From NCBI GenBank assembly GCA_049967195.1, contig JBMFTE010000001.1:15734-79733 (forward strand): 64,000 nucleotides of DNA, given 5' to 3'. The position numbers and the translations under genes are program-made. The notes under the pieces were generated by a model. It did no database searches, had not been told where the DNA came from, and was given only the letters and a program-made list of their open reading frames with translations. The stretch's first letter is position 1. Each line of letters opens with the position of its first letter. Source of the stretch: Nitrososphaeria archaeon (GTDB taxonomy: Archaea; Thermoproteota; Nitrososphaeria; Conexivisphaerales; UBA164). Of this stretch, positions 19,473 to 29,926 are shown in pieces.

Positions 19473-20048
19473 ATGAACTACGATTTAATAATATTGGCTG
19501 CAGGAGAATCAACGCGATTTGGAGAAAACAAATTAATTTACAGGATAAACGGTATTCCGATCATAAGAAGAGTAACAACGGAAGCCCTGTTGCCAAATGT
19601 TAGAGTGATAGTAGTGATAGGACATGATCCGGGCAAAATAAGAGCAGCATTAGAGGGGACAAATGTAGATTATGCCTATAATGCAGATTATAAAAAAGGA
19701 ATGAGCCAGTCAATTATAACCGGTGTAAAACTTTCAAACTCCATTAAGGGAATTTTAATACTGCCTGGCGACATGGCATACATCAAGTCGCGCACAATAG
19801 AACAAGTTATTGAAGCACATATAAGAACCGGCGCCAATATAGTGATTCCTACCTACAATGGGCGTGGGGGTCACCCCATATTATTTGATGTTAAATTAAA
19901 GAGCGAGTTGTTATCCATTAAAGAGGAAACAAGGGGGTTAAAGGATATAGTGCAAAGGCACGAGAACGAGGCATATAAAATAGAAGTAGGTACACCTACG
20001 GTCATCCACGATGTAGATATAAAGGACGACTTGAACTTTAGTAGTTAA
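19473..20048 (+). CDS. MobA/MocA-like molybdenum cofactor nucleotidyltransferase
   Basis: LAAGESTRFG..NKL N-terminal signature. Directly upstream of the Mo-hydroxylase subunits. Confidence 0.75.
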   Translation: MNYDLIILAAGESTRFGENKLIYRINGIPIIRRVTTEALLPNVRVIVVIGHDPGKIRAALEGTNVDYAYNADYKKGMSQSIITGVKLSNSIKGILILPGDMAYIKSRTIEQVIEAHIRTGANIVIPTYNGRGGHPILFDVKLKSELLSIKEETRGLKDIVQRHENEAYKIEVGTPTVIHDVDIKDDLNFSS

Positions 20049-20102
20049 TTGTAGTTTATAGCACACCGCATCAAAATCAACTGGTTAGGCGCCTAAATTA
20101 AC

Positions 20103-20609
20103 ATGCAAAAATTTTTAACACCTAAAATTATACTAATGGACATGGATATTTCTGTCACCTTTACTTTAAATGGAAAACAAGTTACAGTGAAAGCACCTGC
20201 AGCAAAAAGCCTTTTGAGAACCTTGAGGGAAGACTTAGGTATAACATCAGTAAAGCCCGGATGCGAAGCTGGGGAATGCGGCGCCTGTACGGTTTTAATG
20301 GATGGAAAAGCCGTTACATCGTGTTTAGTGATGATTTCCCAAGTAGAAGGACACCAGATTGTAACCGCGGAAGGGCTGGTAAGAGATGGGAAGCTGGACC
20401 CCCTACAGGAAGCCTTTGTAGATGAAGGGGCAAGCCAGTGCGGTTATTGCACCCCGGGATTTGTCATGTCAGCTAAGGGATTGTTGCTGGAGAAGCCCAA
20501 TCCAAACGAAAATGAAATATTGGAAGCCATCGGGGGAAATATATGCAGGTGCGGAGCATATCCGCGCATTATAAGTGCAATCAAGAAGGTTAGTGGTGAG
20601 CAGCATTGA
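20103..20609 (+). CDS. Mo-hydroxylase small subunit, [2Fe-2S]-binding (CoxS/CutC type)
   Basis: CEAGECGACTV, CGYCTPGF and CRCGAY cysteine motifs. The real start is probably near 20142 (MDISVTFTLNG). Confidence 0.9.
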   Translation: MQKFLTPKIILMDMDISVTFTLNGKQVTVKAPAAKSLLRTLREDLGITSVKPGCEAGECGACTVLMDGKAVTSCLVMISQVEGHQIVTAEGLVRDGKLDPLQEAFVDEGASQCGYCTPGFVMSAKGLLLEKPNPNENEILEAIGGNICRCGAYPRIISAIKKVSGEQH

Positions 20610-21508
20610 ATTATTCTCATTATATCGTCCATTCTCCACAAAGCCTTAATGAAGCACTTGGCATCTTAAAAGAGAAATCGTCGGAGGTTAGAATTGTTTC
20701 GGGGGGCACTGATATAATGGTTCTAATAAAGGACGATTTGGTAAAGGAAAAGGAGTTGCTTAATTTATCTTATTTAAACGAATTAAAATACATCAGGGAA
20801 GATGAGGGCACTGTAAAAATAGGTGCCCTTACCACATATAGAGAACTAGAAAAGTCAGACACCATGAACCTTAACGCTCCAATACTTGTTGATGCCTGTA
20901 AAACGATTGGAGCAACGCAAATCCAAAATTTAGGGACACTCGCGGGAAATTTGGGCAACGCAAGCCCTGCTGGTGACAGCATTCCTCCGCTGTATGTTCT
21001 TAATGCCAACGTTAAGTTACAGAGCGCAGAATCTGAAAGGGTTATCCCGGTAAGTGAGTTTTTCCTGGGACCTAGGAAAACCAAAAGGGATCCAAACGAA
21101 ATCATCACAGAAATTGCCGTTGAAAAGGAAAAACCTGGCACATACTATTTTTTCAAAAAGCTTGGATTAAGGGAAGCCAACGCGATTTCCCTTGTAAGTG
21201 TTGCTTGCATGGCTGATTTAAGCGAAGATAAAAAAATAACCACAATCAAACTGGCGCTTGGTGCAGTTGCTCCAACTGTAATACGAGCAGTTAAATCGGA
21301 AAAGCTGGCAACTGGCAGACAGCTTGATTTAAATCTCGTAGACGAAATTGCGAGAAGTGTTTCAGAAGAAATATCACCTATAACGGATATCAGGGGAAGT
21401 GCAGAATATAGAAGGAGAGCAGCCTATGGGCTTGTTTATGAAGGATTATATGAAGTACTTATGGGAACGGCTAAAAGGGTAAGTAGTGGCCTTGAAGGTG
21501 TTTATTGA
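20606..21508 (+). CDS. Mo-hydroxylase medium subunit, FAD-binding (CoxM/CutB type)
   Basis: SGGTD and TLAGNLGNASP motifs. 300 aa. Overlaps the small-subunit stop. Confidence 0.85.
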   Translation: MNYSHYIVHSPQSLNEALGILKEKSSEVRIVSGGTDIMVLIKDDLVKEKELLNLSYLNELKYIREDEGTVKIGALTTYRELEKSDTMNLNAPILVDACKTIGATQIQNLGTLAGNLGNASPAGDSIPPLYVLNANVKLQSAESERVIPVSEFFLGPRKTKRDPNEIITEIAVEKEKPGTYYFFKKLGLREANAISLVSVACMADLSEDKKITTIKLALGAVAPTVIRAVKSEKLATGRQLDLNLVDEIARSVSEEISPITDIRGSAEYRRRAAYGLVYEGLYEVLMGTAKRVSSGLEGVY

Positions 21509-21719
21509 ATTGGGCGGCACTTTCATATACCAGTTTGGCAGAGAACACATCCTGAATCTTCATGAGGGCTCTAGCATAGAAGATGCACTTGGTATATTGG
21601 GGATTAAAGAACGCATTTATATTGTAACTGTAAGGAACGGCAGCTTAGCTAAATTTAGTGACAAGCTTAAGGACGGCGATAAATTGGTAGTTTTTCCCCC
21701 AATAGGCGGTGGAAATTAA
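21486..21719 (+). CDS. MoaD/ThiS-family beta-grasp sulfur-carrier-like protein with C-terminus ...PPIGGGN
   Basis: IEDALGILGI...VTVRNG...LKDGDKLVVFPPIGGGN is a typical MoaD/ThiS layout. GTG start overlaps the medium-subunit end. Confidence 0.6.
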   Translation: MALKVFIELGGTFIYQFGREHILNLHEGSSIEDALGILGIKERIYIVTVRNGSLAKFSDKLKDGDKLVVFPPIGGGN

Positions 21720-21721
21720 TT

Positions 21722-23965
21722 ATGGAAGAAGAGCTAGAACAAAAATATAAATCAATAACCCGCTCGGTTCCTAGGATTGATTCTGAAGCCAAAGTGTCTG
21801 GAGCCTTAAAATTTATTACTGATATGAAGATTGAAAACATGCTTTTTGCTGCTGTTGTAAGAAGCAAGCTAGCGCATGCTAAGATTCTCTCCATAGATAC
21901 TAAGGAAGCTGAAAAAATTGGCGGTGTAAAAGCAATACTTACGTACAAAGACATTCCGGGCCTAAACGCATACGGGGCAATTGTTCCTGACGCTCCGGTG
22001 CTAGCGTATGACCGGATACGTTATTATGGCGAACCGGTGGCACTGATTGCAGCAGATACAGAAGAAATCGCTAGGAATGCCGCATCACTTGTAAAAATTG
22101 AGTATGACCCGTTACCAGTAATAACAAGCATAGATGAATCAATATCTTCAACAGCCATAGCGCTGCACGACAATGGGAATATAGCCAGACACACGATAAT
22201 CAAGAGAGGAGACAGCGACAGGGCTAGGCAGGAAGCATATCTGACACTTGATAGGACGTACAGAACACCATTACAAAAACACATGTTTTTAGAGCCGGAA
22301 GGGGGAGTTGCATATATAGACGAATCTGGGATAATAAATGTGTTTGCAGGAGGCCAGAGTCCGTACAGGGATAAATTGCAGATTGCAAGGTCTCTTAACA
22401 TGCCCCCCGAAAAAATTCGTACGGTGGATTATCCAACCGGCGGCGCTTTTGGTGGAAAAGACGACATAACCGTTCAAATACATCTTGCCTTGCTTGCATA
22501 TAAAACTGGGAAACCCGTTAAATTGTGGTTCAGCAGGGAAGAAAGCGGTGTGGCCGGCTATCATAGAACCGGGTCTCAAATACGCCTTATCACCTCTGTA
22601 GATAAAGATGGTAGCCTCCTTTCAAATGAGGCGCACATATATCTTGATACAGGAGCATATCAGAGTTTTGGGCCAACAATTTTGGACGTCAGCATAGAGA
22701 CAATAAACGGCCCGTACCGGATCCCTAACTACATCATAGATGCAAACTTAGTCTACACAAACAATGGCTTTTCATCGGCATTTAGAGGGTTTGGTGCTCC
22801 CGAAAGCAACTTTGCCATTGAAAGCATGATCAACGAGCTTTCGGCAGAGCTCCATCTGGACCCAGTAGATATGAGGTTAAAAAACATCCTTATGACAGGT
22901 GAGGAAGGGCCATTTGGAAATACAGTAAGGCACAGCGACGGCTTAAGGGAAGCCCTTACGAGAGCAAAAAAATCTAAAATCTGGAACACTTTAACTGAAA
23001 ATAAGCCTTGGCAAAGAAACGGTGTAGGGATGGCCATTGCAATAAAGGGCGTGGGATTTGGCACGTTGCCTGATTATCCTACGGCCGCAATAGAAATAGC
23101 AACAGAGGGTAAGGTAAAAATAATGTTTAGCAACGTAGATTATGGGCAGGGCATCAATACGGGAAATGCGCAGCTTGTGGCAGAAAGGCTGGATATACCT
23201 TTAAGCCAAGTTGAGGTAAGGCATGCAGACACGAAGTATTCACCTGATACAGGAAGCTCAAGCGCCTCCAGATCAACCTTTACTTCTGGTAATGCCCTCT
23301 TAATGGCATGCAATAAGGCTCTAGAGCGGCTAAAAATGGAAGCATGCCTTTACTTTGGGGTTACCAGTGAAAAACTGGAATATAAGGAAGGAAAATTTTA
23401 CTATAAAGACAGATCAGCTAGTATATATGAGCTGGCAAAAGGCCTAAAGGCAAGGGGAGAAACGCTCAGGTTCGAATCAACATTTGAAGTTCCAAGATAT
23501 CCAGCCCCAGTGGAGGGAACGCTTGAGGTTCCTCACGTAGTTTACATGTATGGTGTAATGTTGAGTTCCGTGCTGCTGGATGAACTCACCGGGAATGTGC
23601 ATGTAAACCAAGCTGAATTTTATGCAGATATAGGAACAGTAATAAACCCATCTATAGCAAGCGGGCAAATTGAGGGAGGAATAGTGCAAGGCCTAGGATT
23701 TGCAATAACAGAAGACCTCAGATATGATGCCAACGGCAAACCGCTGAACAACAACTATACAACATACATAGTGCCTTCGGTCAGGGACGTTCCAGACATA
23801 TACGTTGAATTTATGGACAGTTCTGAGGAACTTGGGCCTTATGGAGCCAAAGGGGTAGGCGAAATATCAATTATTCCAGTAGGGGCATCTATAGCACACG
23901 CAGTTTACAACGCCAGCGGCAAATGGATACGGGACCTTCCGCTTCTTCCTTGGAAACTAATCTGA
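21722..23965 (+). CDS. Mo-hydroxylase large subunit, molybdopterin-binding (aldehyde oxidoreductase/xanthine dehydrogenase family)
   Basis: 747 aa with GGAFGGK, GFGAPE and GAKGVGE motifs. No CODH-type VAYRCSFR loop seen, so it is not a CO dehydrogenase. Confidence 0.9.
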   Translation: MEEELEQKYKSITRSVPRIDSEAKVSGALKFITDMKIENMLFAAVVRSKLAHAKILSIDTKEAEKIGGVKAILTYKDIPGLNAYGAIVPDAPVLAYDRIRYYGEPVALIAADTEEIARNAASLVKIEYDPLPVITSIDESISSTAIALHDNGNIARHTIIKRGDSDRARQEAYLTLDRTYRTPLQKHMFLEPEGGVAYIDESGIINVFAGGQSPYRDKLQIARSLNMPPEKIRTVDYPTGGAFGGKDDITVQIHLALLAYKTGKPVKLWFSREESGVAGYHRTGSQIRLITSVDKDGSLLSNEAHIYLDTGAYQSFGPTILDVSIETINGPYRIPNYIIDANLVYTNNGFSSAFRGFGAPESNFAIESMINELSAELHLDPVDMRLKNILMTGEEGPFGNTVRHSDGLREALTRAKKSKIWNTLTENKPWQRNGVGMAIAIKGVGFGTLPDYPTAAIEIATEGKVKIMFSNVDYGQGINTGNAQLVAERLDIPLSQVEVRHADTKYSPDTGSSSASRSTFTSGNALLMACNKALERLKMEACLYFGVTSEKLEYKEGKFYYKDRSASIYELAKGLKARGETLRFESTFEVPRYPAPVEGTLEVPHVVYMYGVMLSSVLLDELTGNVHVNQAEFYADIGTVINPSIASGQIEGGIVQGLGFAITEDLRYDANGKPLNNNYTTYIVPSVRDVPDIYVEFMDSSEELGPYGAKGVGEISIIPVGASIAHAVYNASGKWIRDLPLLPWKLI

Positions 23966-24067
23966 GCAAACCTACAACAAGTGCCAGAGTTATATTTGTG
24001 AACAAGTCCAAATAAAGACTTATAACAAAATTTATAAGTAATATAAAGAACGTCGCTGTGACCAAAA

Positions 24068-25324
24068 TTGAGCGAAAAAAAGCAGAACCCATGGGAAATG
24101 GCACTTTCACAATTCAAAAAGGCGGCAGATGTAATAAATTTATCAGATGATTTAAGAGCAGTGTTATCCGTTCCGCAGAGAGAGATTCATGTAGCAGTTC
24201 CTGTAAAAATGGATAACGGAAAGGTAAAGGTCTTTACTGGTTATAGGGTGCAGCATAATAATGCGCGTGGACCATACAAGGGAGGAATCAGATATCATCC
24301 AAATGTATCTATAGAAGAAGTTAAAGCACTGTCGATGTGGATGACTTGGAAAACCGCAGTGCTTGACTTGCCGCTTGGTGGTGCAAAGGGAGGAATAATA
24401 GTTGACCCCAAAACGCTATCAATTGGGGAAAATGAGCGCCTGACAAGAAGATATGCATATGCAATTTCGAAGTTCATAGGGCCATACGAGGATGTGCCCG
24501 CGCCTGATGTTTACACTACGCCACAGCACATGGCTTGGATAATGGATGTATACAGCGCACTTGCAGGGCACTATGAGCCAGGAGTTATAACAGGAAAGCC
24601 AATTGAATCCGGTGGAAGTCTGGGCAGATCAAATTCTACTTCACGTGGGGTTGCAATAACAGTTGCTGAAGCAGCTAAACGCATGAACATAAAGCTAAAG
24701 GATGCATCGGTAGCCATTCAAGGATTTGGAAATGTGGGATCCAACGCAGCTATTATAATGACGCAGGAATATGGTATGAAAATTGTAGCAGTAAGCGACT
24801 CAAAGGGGGGGATATATAAAAAGGAGGGATTAGATGTTAATTCAGTGCTTAAGGAAAAGGAAAAGAGTGGAACAGTTACAACGCTAAAAAATGTTGATAA
24901 GATATCAAACGAGGAAGTTCTTACGCTCGATGTAGATGTTCTTGTCCCTGCCGCACTGGAAGAGGTTATAACTGAAAAAAACGCCAATAAAATAAAGGCT
25001 AAAATAATCAGCGAAGGAGCAAACGGTCCTACCACTCCAGAAGCCGACGAGATATTATATAAAAACGGCTCGCTAGTAATCCCCGATATACTAGCAAACA
25101 GCGGGGGTGTTACGGTAAGTTATTTTGAATGGGTACAGGATTTACAGAGACTGTGGTGGAGTGAAGAACAAGTCAACAAGATGCTTGCAGAAAGGATGAC
25201 AAAATCCTTTAATGATGTTTATGATGCAATGAAAAAATACAAGATAGACATGAGGACAGCCGCGCTTACATTAGCAGTCAAGAGAGTCTCAGATGCCGTC
25301 ATGGCTCGGGGAATATGGCCATAA
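24068..25324 (+). CDS. gdhA: Glutamate dehydrogenase
   Basis: KGGIRYHP, GGAKGG and GFGNVGS motifs. TTG start in the ORF track. Confidence 0.9.
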   Translation: MSEKKQNPWEMALSQFKKAADVINLSDDLRAVLSVPQREIHVAVPVKMDNGKVKVFTGYRVQHNNARGPYKGGIRYHPNVSIEEVKALSMWMTWKTAVLDLPLGGAKGGIIVDPKTLSIGENERLTRRYAYAISKFIGPYEDVPAPDVYTTPQHMAWIMDVYSALAGHYEPGVITGKPIESGGSLGRSNSTSRGVAITVAEAAKRMNIKLKDASVAIQGFGNVGSNAAIIMTQEYGMKIVAVSDSKGGIYKKEGLDVNSVLKEKEKSGTVTTLKNVDKISNEEVLTLDVDVLVPAALEEVITEKNANKIKAKIISEGANGPTTPEADEILYKNGSLVIPDILANSGGVTVSYFEWVQDLQRLWWSEEQVNKMLAERMTKSFNDVYDAMKKYKIDMRTAALTLAVKRVSDAVMARGIWP

Positions 25325-25404
25325 AAAGCAATTAAATTAAATACCTTTTTTTTGTTTATTTGTTATAAATATTTTTAAAGGTCCCTAATTTCTAACCTTT
25401 TATT

Positions 25405-27039
25405 ATGGTGCTAGAGGAAAAATTTGGAGAATCAGAATATGAGGGCAACAGGTTTCTAAGACAGACTAGAAGTATATGTCCAGAATGTAATAGAATTATC
25501 GATGCCACAATATTTGAAAGGGGAGGGAAAGTTTATATTGGCAAGACATGTCCTAAGCACGGTTATTTTGAAGAGGTGTATTTTGGTTCATATTCCATGT
25601 ATGAAAGGTTTTCCAGCTATGCGCAAGACGGGCGCGGGATTGAAAACCCCAAGATCATATCTGATAACATAACGTGCCCGGCAAGCTGCGGTTTATGTTC
25701 CAACCACCTTAGCCATACTGCATTAGCTAACATAGTTTTAACAAATCGCTGCGACCTAAACTGCTGGTATTGCTTCTTTTATGCAGAAAAAGCCGGTTAC
25801 ATCTATGAACCAACAATAGACCAAATCAGGAGAATGGTCAGGAATATGCTCAATGAAAAGCCGATTCCCGGTGTGGCTGTGCAACTCACAGGCGGAGAAC
25901 CAACAATGAGGGAAGACCTCATTGAAATTATAAAAGCAATAAAGGAAGAGGGGCTGACTCATATTCAGCTAAATACTGATGGGGTAAACCTTTCAAGAAA
26001 ACCAGAATTGGTTCGTGCAGTAAGAGATGCCGGCGTAAACACACTTTATGTAAGTTTTGACGGTGTAACCCCGAAGTCAAACCCAAAAAATTACTGGGAA
26101 ATACCAGCATTGTTAAAGAATTGCAGAGATGCTAACCTCGGATTGGTATTAGTGCCTACAGTAATTAATGGCATAAACGACCATGAAGTTGGAGATATGA
26201 TGCGGTTTGCATTTCTTAATATGGACATTGTCAGGGGCTTGAATTACCAACCGGTTTCATTGGTAGGGCGCATCCCAAAAAGAGAACGCGAAAAGTTCAG
26301 AATTACGATTCCGGATGTAATAGGAAAAATAGAGGAACAAACTAAGGGCACGGTAAAGTCAGACGACTGGTTCCCGATTCCTGCCGCAATGCCGTTTTCC
26401 AGATTTATAGAGGCATGGACCGGTCAGTTAAAATATGAATTAAGCACACACTTTGCCTGCGGTGCGGCCACATACATATTTAACGATGATGGAAGAATGG
26501 TGCCAATTTCTAGGTTTGTAGATATTGATGGGTTACTTAAATTCTTGGATGAAAAGGCAGAAAAAATAGAGCGCGGTGAAAACAAATACATAGTTGGCTT
26601 ATCTGTGATAACAAACCTTTCCAGATATATTAACAAGTCTAAGATGCCACACGGATTAAACCTCACACAGATGCTGATAAACGTGATAGCAAAACACGAT
26701 TATTCCGCTTTGGGTGAGTTACAGATGAAATCATTGTTTGTTGGCATGATGCACTTTCAGGACAAATACAACCACGACGAAGAACGCGTTAGGCGCTGTG
26801 ATATTCACTATCTTACGCCTGATGATAGGATAATTCCCTTCTGCACATTTAATGTCATACCTGAATGGTATCGGGATCGGATTCAGAAAAAATATTCAAT
26901 AACGATTGAGGAATGGGAAAAACAGACCGGGAGGAAGCTCAAGAACGACTATTATGTCAGACCCAGCTTTAGTTATGAAGAAGGGGAAGACCTCTTTAAA
27001 AAAATGGGCATAGACAAAACACTAATCAAAGAAGCATAA
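25405..27039 (+). CDS. Radical SAM enzyme of the COG1964 / tetraether-lipid-synthase (Tes, GDGT-MAS) type
   Basis: N-terminal zinc-ribbon CPECN..x17..CPKHG followed by radical-SAM CDLNCWYCF. 544 aa. The Tes assignment is from remembered family architecture, not a search. Confidence 0.55.
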   Translation: MVLEEKFGESEYEGNRFLRQTRSICPECNRIIDATIFERGGKVYIGKTCPKHGYFEEVYFGSYSMYERFSSYAQDGRGIENPKIISDNITCPASCGLCSNHLSHTALANIVLTNRCDLNCWYCFFYAEKAGYIYEPTIDQIRRMVRNMLNEKPIPGVAVQLTGGEPTMREDLIEIIKAIKEEGLTHIQLNTDGVNLSRKPELVRAVRDAGVNTLYVSFDGVTPKSNPKNYWEIPALLKNCRDANLGLVLVPTVINGINDHEVGDMMRFAFLNMDIVRGLNYQPVSLVGRIPKREREKFRITIPDVIGKIEEQTKGTVKSDDWFPIPAAMPFSRFIEAWTGQLKYELSTHFACGAATYIFNDDGRMVPISRFVDIDGLLKFLDEKAEKIERGENKYIVGLSVITNLSRYINKSKMPHGLNLTQMLINVIAKHDYSALGELQMKSLFVGMMHFQDKYNHDEERVRRCDIHYLTPDDRIIPFCTFNVIPEWYRDRIQKKYSITIEEWEKQTGRKLKNDYYVRPSFSYEEGEDLFKKMGIDKTLIKEA

Positions 27040-27065
27040 AAATAGGAGACCTTATATTTTAATGA

Positions 27066-27359
27066 TTGTTAATAAGTGATATGGCAAAAAGAAAGTTTAT
27101 TATAGACCTTGACGGGGAAAAGGTGGAAGTAGAAGGATACGACCCAAAGAAAGCGCTTATACGTTATTTAATGAAAAAGAGGAGAAGTATGCTTATGACA
27201 AAAGACAAGGAAAAGGTTGAAAAAATGTGGGAAAATGTTCCTTCTAACGCTTCGGTTTCTGGTGCAAGGTCAGAAAAGAGATATAAAATTAACTGGAAGA
27301 GGCAGGGAGAAGGAGAACTGGCTGGAGCCAGATTTGTTTTTGAACTTCAGGAAATTTAG
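27066..27359 (+). CDS. Hypothetical basic protein
   Basis: ORF only. Likely start at 27081 (MAKRKFIIDLDG). Confidence 0.35.
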   Translation: MLISDMAKRKFIIDLDGEKVEVEGYDPKKALIRYLMKKRRSMLMTKDKEKVEKMWENVPSNASVSGARSEKRYKINWKRQGEGELAGARFVFELQEI

Positions 27360-27403
27360 TACCAAAATAAAACCCATCCATTATTTATACATGTGATTTA
27401 TGA

Positions 27404-28347
27404 TCTTTTGTTACATAAATCTTGACCCGCTTATTTTATTGCATTAAAGGGATTCCATAATAATGATCTTTAGCATCTATACCATGTAATCTGTGTCATT
27501 TCTGCTAGCCTTCACCATATTGTACTCTAACGACTGATCTTATTGTTTATTCCAATGTTTTGTATTGATGTTCCTGTAGCATCCTCCTCAATATGTAAAA
27601 CATGGTTTTAACACGCCCTATGGCGTTTCTTCTTCTATACCTACGGGTCTGACAGCAACCCACTTACTCCCCTGGCACAAGAATTACGGGCATTTATGTG
27701 AAGCTCATCTTGATTACAGGCTCATCACCTATTGCATAATTGAAGCTAGCCCTTTAATCGTACGCTGAATCACCAAAAACATTGCTTGTCTTTCTTACAG
27801 CGTACTTCGCATTGAGCTAGCCTAATCCTTCCCTTCAGATTTATCTGTTACCTGCACACTTGTTATCAGGCGGTTGGCTATGTCGCAGATTATGTGCAAC
27901 TTCACCCATCCCCTCCTGATGGCCCACTTCTGCCTGACCCCTCTGTTGAAAGCTTTGATACCTGTAGAATCAATTGCTATATCTACGGGCTTGTCATATT
28001 TTACCCCAAGAGGCACTTTCAGCTCCTTCTGCCTTCTGCAGATCTGTGTGTAGGAAGGTATCCTTGCTCCCCATATCCCGCCTAACAACCTGGCAAACCC
28101 TTCCGTCTGCCTGTAGGGCAGGTCAAAGTATTCCCTGACAGCAAGTATTATGACCATCAGTGCATTAGAATAGCTGTATGGCCTTCCCCTCTTATCCTTG
28201 CTCATCTGCTTCAGCTGTTTCTTTTGGTCTACAAGCAGGTCTGTGCTGACAAATACATCAACTACCTCATTAACCGGCTTGTTATCCTCTGGCCAACCTG
28301 TCATAATTTGACATTATGCAATTAGATCAAAATAATGCAACAAAGGA
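27404..28347 (-). mobile_element. Decayed IS5-family (DDE) insertion sequence, about 0.94 kb
   Basis: Imperfect terminal inverted repeats: TCTTTTGTTACATAAAT at 27404 and TCCTTTGTTGCATTATT (reverse complement) ending at 28347. Encloses a broken transposase reading frame. Confidence 0.75.
27600..28304 (-). pseudogene. IS5-family transposase pseudogene
   Basis: The 160-aa N-terminal ORF (27822-28304) ends prematurely. In other minus-strand frames downstream I read KYAVRKTSNVFGDSAYD*RASFNYAIGDEPVIKMSFT*. This is the DDE (GD.AYD...PVIK) region interrupted by stops. Confidence 0.75.
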
Positions 28348-28393
28348 GCATTTTCAAAATCCTTAAATTATATTAAAAGCATATTTTACCACA

Positions 28394-29566
28394 TTGGATG
28401 AAAAAATCCGGGCACTGATATTCACCGGCATAGGGCATTACCTGAATGACAGTTTTTTGATTTTACTGTCAATTCTGATAGTTTATTATCTTGCTGAAGG
28501 GGTATCACCTGTTTTTCTTGCGATAGCAAGCGCTGTTTATGGCGTACTTTCCGGCCTGCTGAGCCTACCAATCGGAAGCATAGCTGATAGGAAGGGAAAT
28601 TATGTGAAACTGATGCTATTTGGTTTTGTGTTCATTGGAATATCAAGTATCTTGTTTGCCGCTTCATTTGTAATATATAGGCTGTATTTTATATCAGTGG
28701 CGTCTGTACTGCTGGGAAGTGGCGCTGCATTCTATCATCCGTTAGGGGGATCTATATTACAAATAAAATATGGTGGGAGAGAGGCACCCAAGGCTCTGGG
28801 GATCAACGGGTCACTAGGGAGCCTAGGACGCGCAATATCGCCGACACTTTTAGTTCTATTACTGGCCTTTTTCGGGAAAGTTACAGGTCTGCTATTGTTG
28901 TCAATATACACATTTGCATTAGGAATAATAGTGTATCTGGGGCTGAAGGACATCACAATTACAACCTCATCTGACAAAACAAAAGCCACTAAAAGTTCGA
29001 TTCGCACGTATGCATATCTATTATTGCCTTTATCAATAATGATATTTATAAGGTCCATGTTTACGTTTGGAGTGATGATGTATATGCCTGCCTACATGAC
29101 AGACTTGTACAGATCAAAAATAGTCATGGGCTTGGTTCTGACTATAAGCTACTCCATGGCGATATTTGGCCAGCCTTATTTTGGCAGGATAACATCGAGC
29201 TTAGGTGGAAGGGCAGTGCTTATTATTACCACAGTTGGCGCCACAGCCGCGTTTTTGCTTTTTATTCTGTTAAAAGGTTTCTACATACAGGTCATGCTTT
29301 TTGCCATATACTCATTCTTTGCATACAGTGGATTTCCAAATCTGCTGGGTTATGTAGGGCAGGTAGTTGATCGTGGCGCTCTAGCAGTTGCAAATGGAAT
29401 TGTATGGGGTATAGGTAGCTCTGTGGGAGGTGCTACCGGCGTTCTTTTGGGTGGATCGCTAATTTCTTCTATAGGGCTAGGGGAAGTTATGTGGGCGTTT
29501 GCTGTAATAGCAGTCATATCAACGGCATTGCTTACTATACTTCCAAAGCCCCGCCGCGCTCCATAG
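28394..29566 (+). CDS. MFS-type transporter
   Basis: 390 aa, about 12 predicted TM segments. GSIADRKG loop motif between TM2 and TM3. Confidence 0.75.
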   Translation: MDEKIRALIFTGIGHYLNDSFLILLSILIVYYLAEGVSPVFLAIASAVYGVLSGLLSLPIGSIADRKGNYVKLMLFGFVFIGISSILFAASFVIYRLYFISVASVLLGSGAAFYHPLGGSILQIKYGGREAPKALGINGSLGSLGRAISPTLLVLLLAFFGKVTGLLLLSIYTFALGIIVYLGLKDITITTSSDKTKATKSSIRTYAYLLLPLSIMIFIRSMFTFGVMMYMPAYMTDLYRSKIVMGLVLTISYSMAIFGQPYFGRITSSLGGRAVLIITTVGATAAFLLFILLKGFYIQVMLFAIYSFFAYSGFPNLLGYVGQVVDRGALAVANGIVWGIGSSVGGATGVLLGGSLISSIGLGEVMWAFAVIAVISTALLTILPKPRRAP

Positions 29567-29926
29567 AGGAGTTATCATACATAAATTACTTCATCACTAC
29601 GCGGGTGAATGGACAGTTTAGACATTAACTTTAACAAGCTCTTAGAGTATAATAAATTATATCTAGATTTGGTGTATATGTTTTACGATCTGCGTGTAAG
29701 GCGGTGTCGTTATGGCCTTTGCATTTATTATCAAAACATTAAACAAATACTGTAAAACGACAAAGCGCCAGTATTGTGGCACCACCTGCAGGTAACTCAG
29801 GATTTTTATGATAAATGCTACCCCCTTACAGACTACACTTTATCTTGTTAGACTTTGTATTAGAATATTGCTGCGTTGATTCTCTAAGAATGCTTTTAAG
29901 ATGGTAATTTAAAAACTAATATTGTA

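Noticed and set aside
29567-29926. 360-bp intergenic region inspected for an ncRNA (C/D box, SRP or RNase P RNA) or a small ORF. A 47-codon frame reads MDSLDINFNKLLEY...
   Set aside because: There is no GC-rich structured core, no box motifs and no recognisable peptide. It is most simply promoter or spacer DNA.
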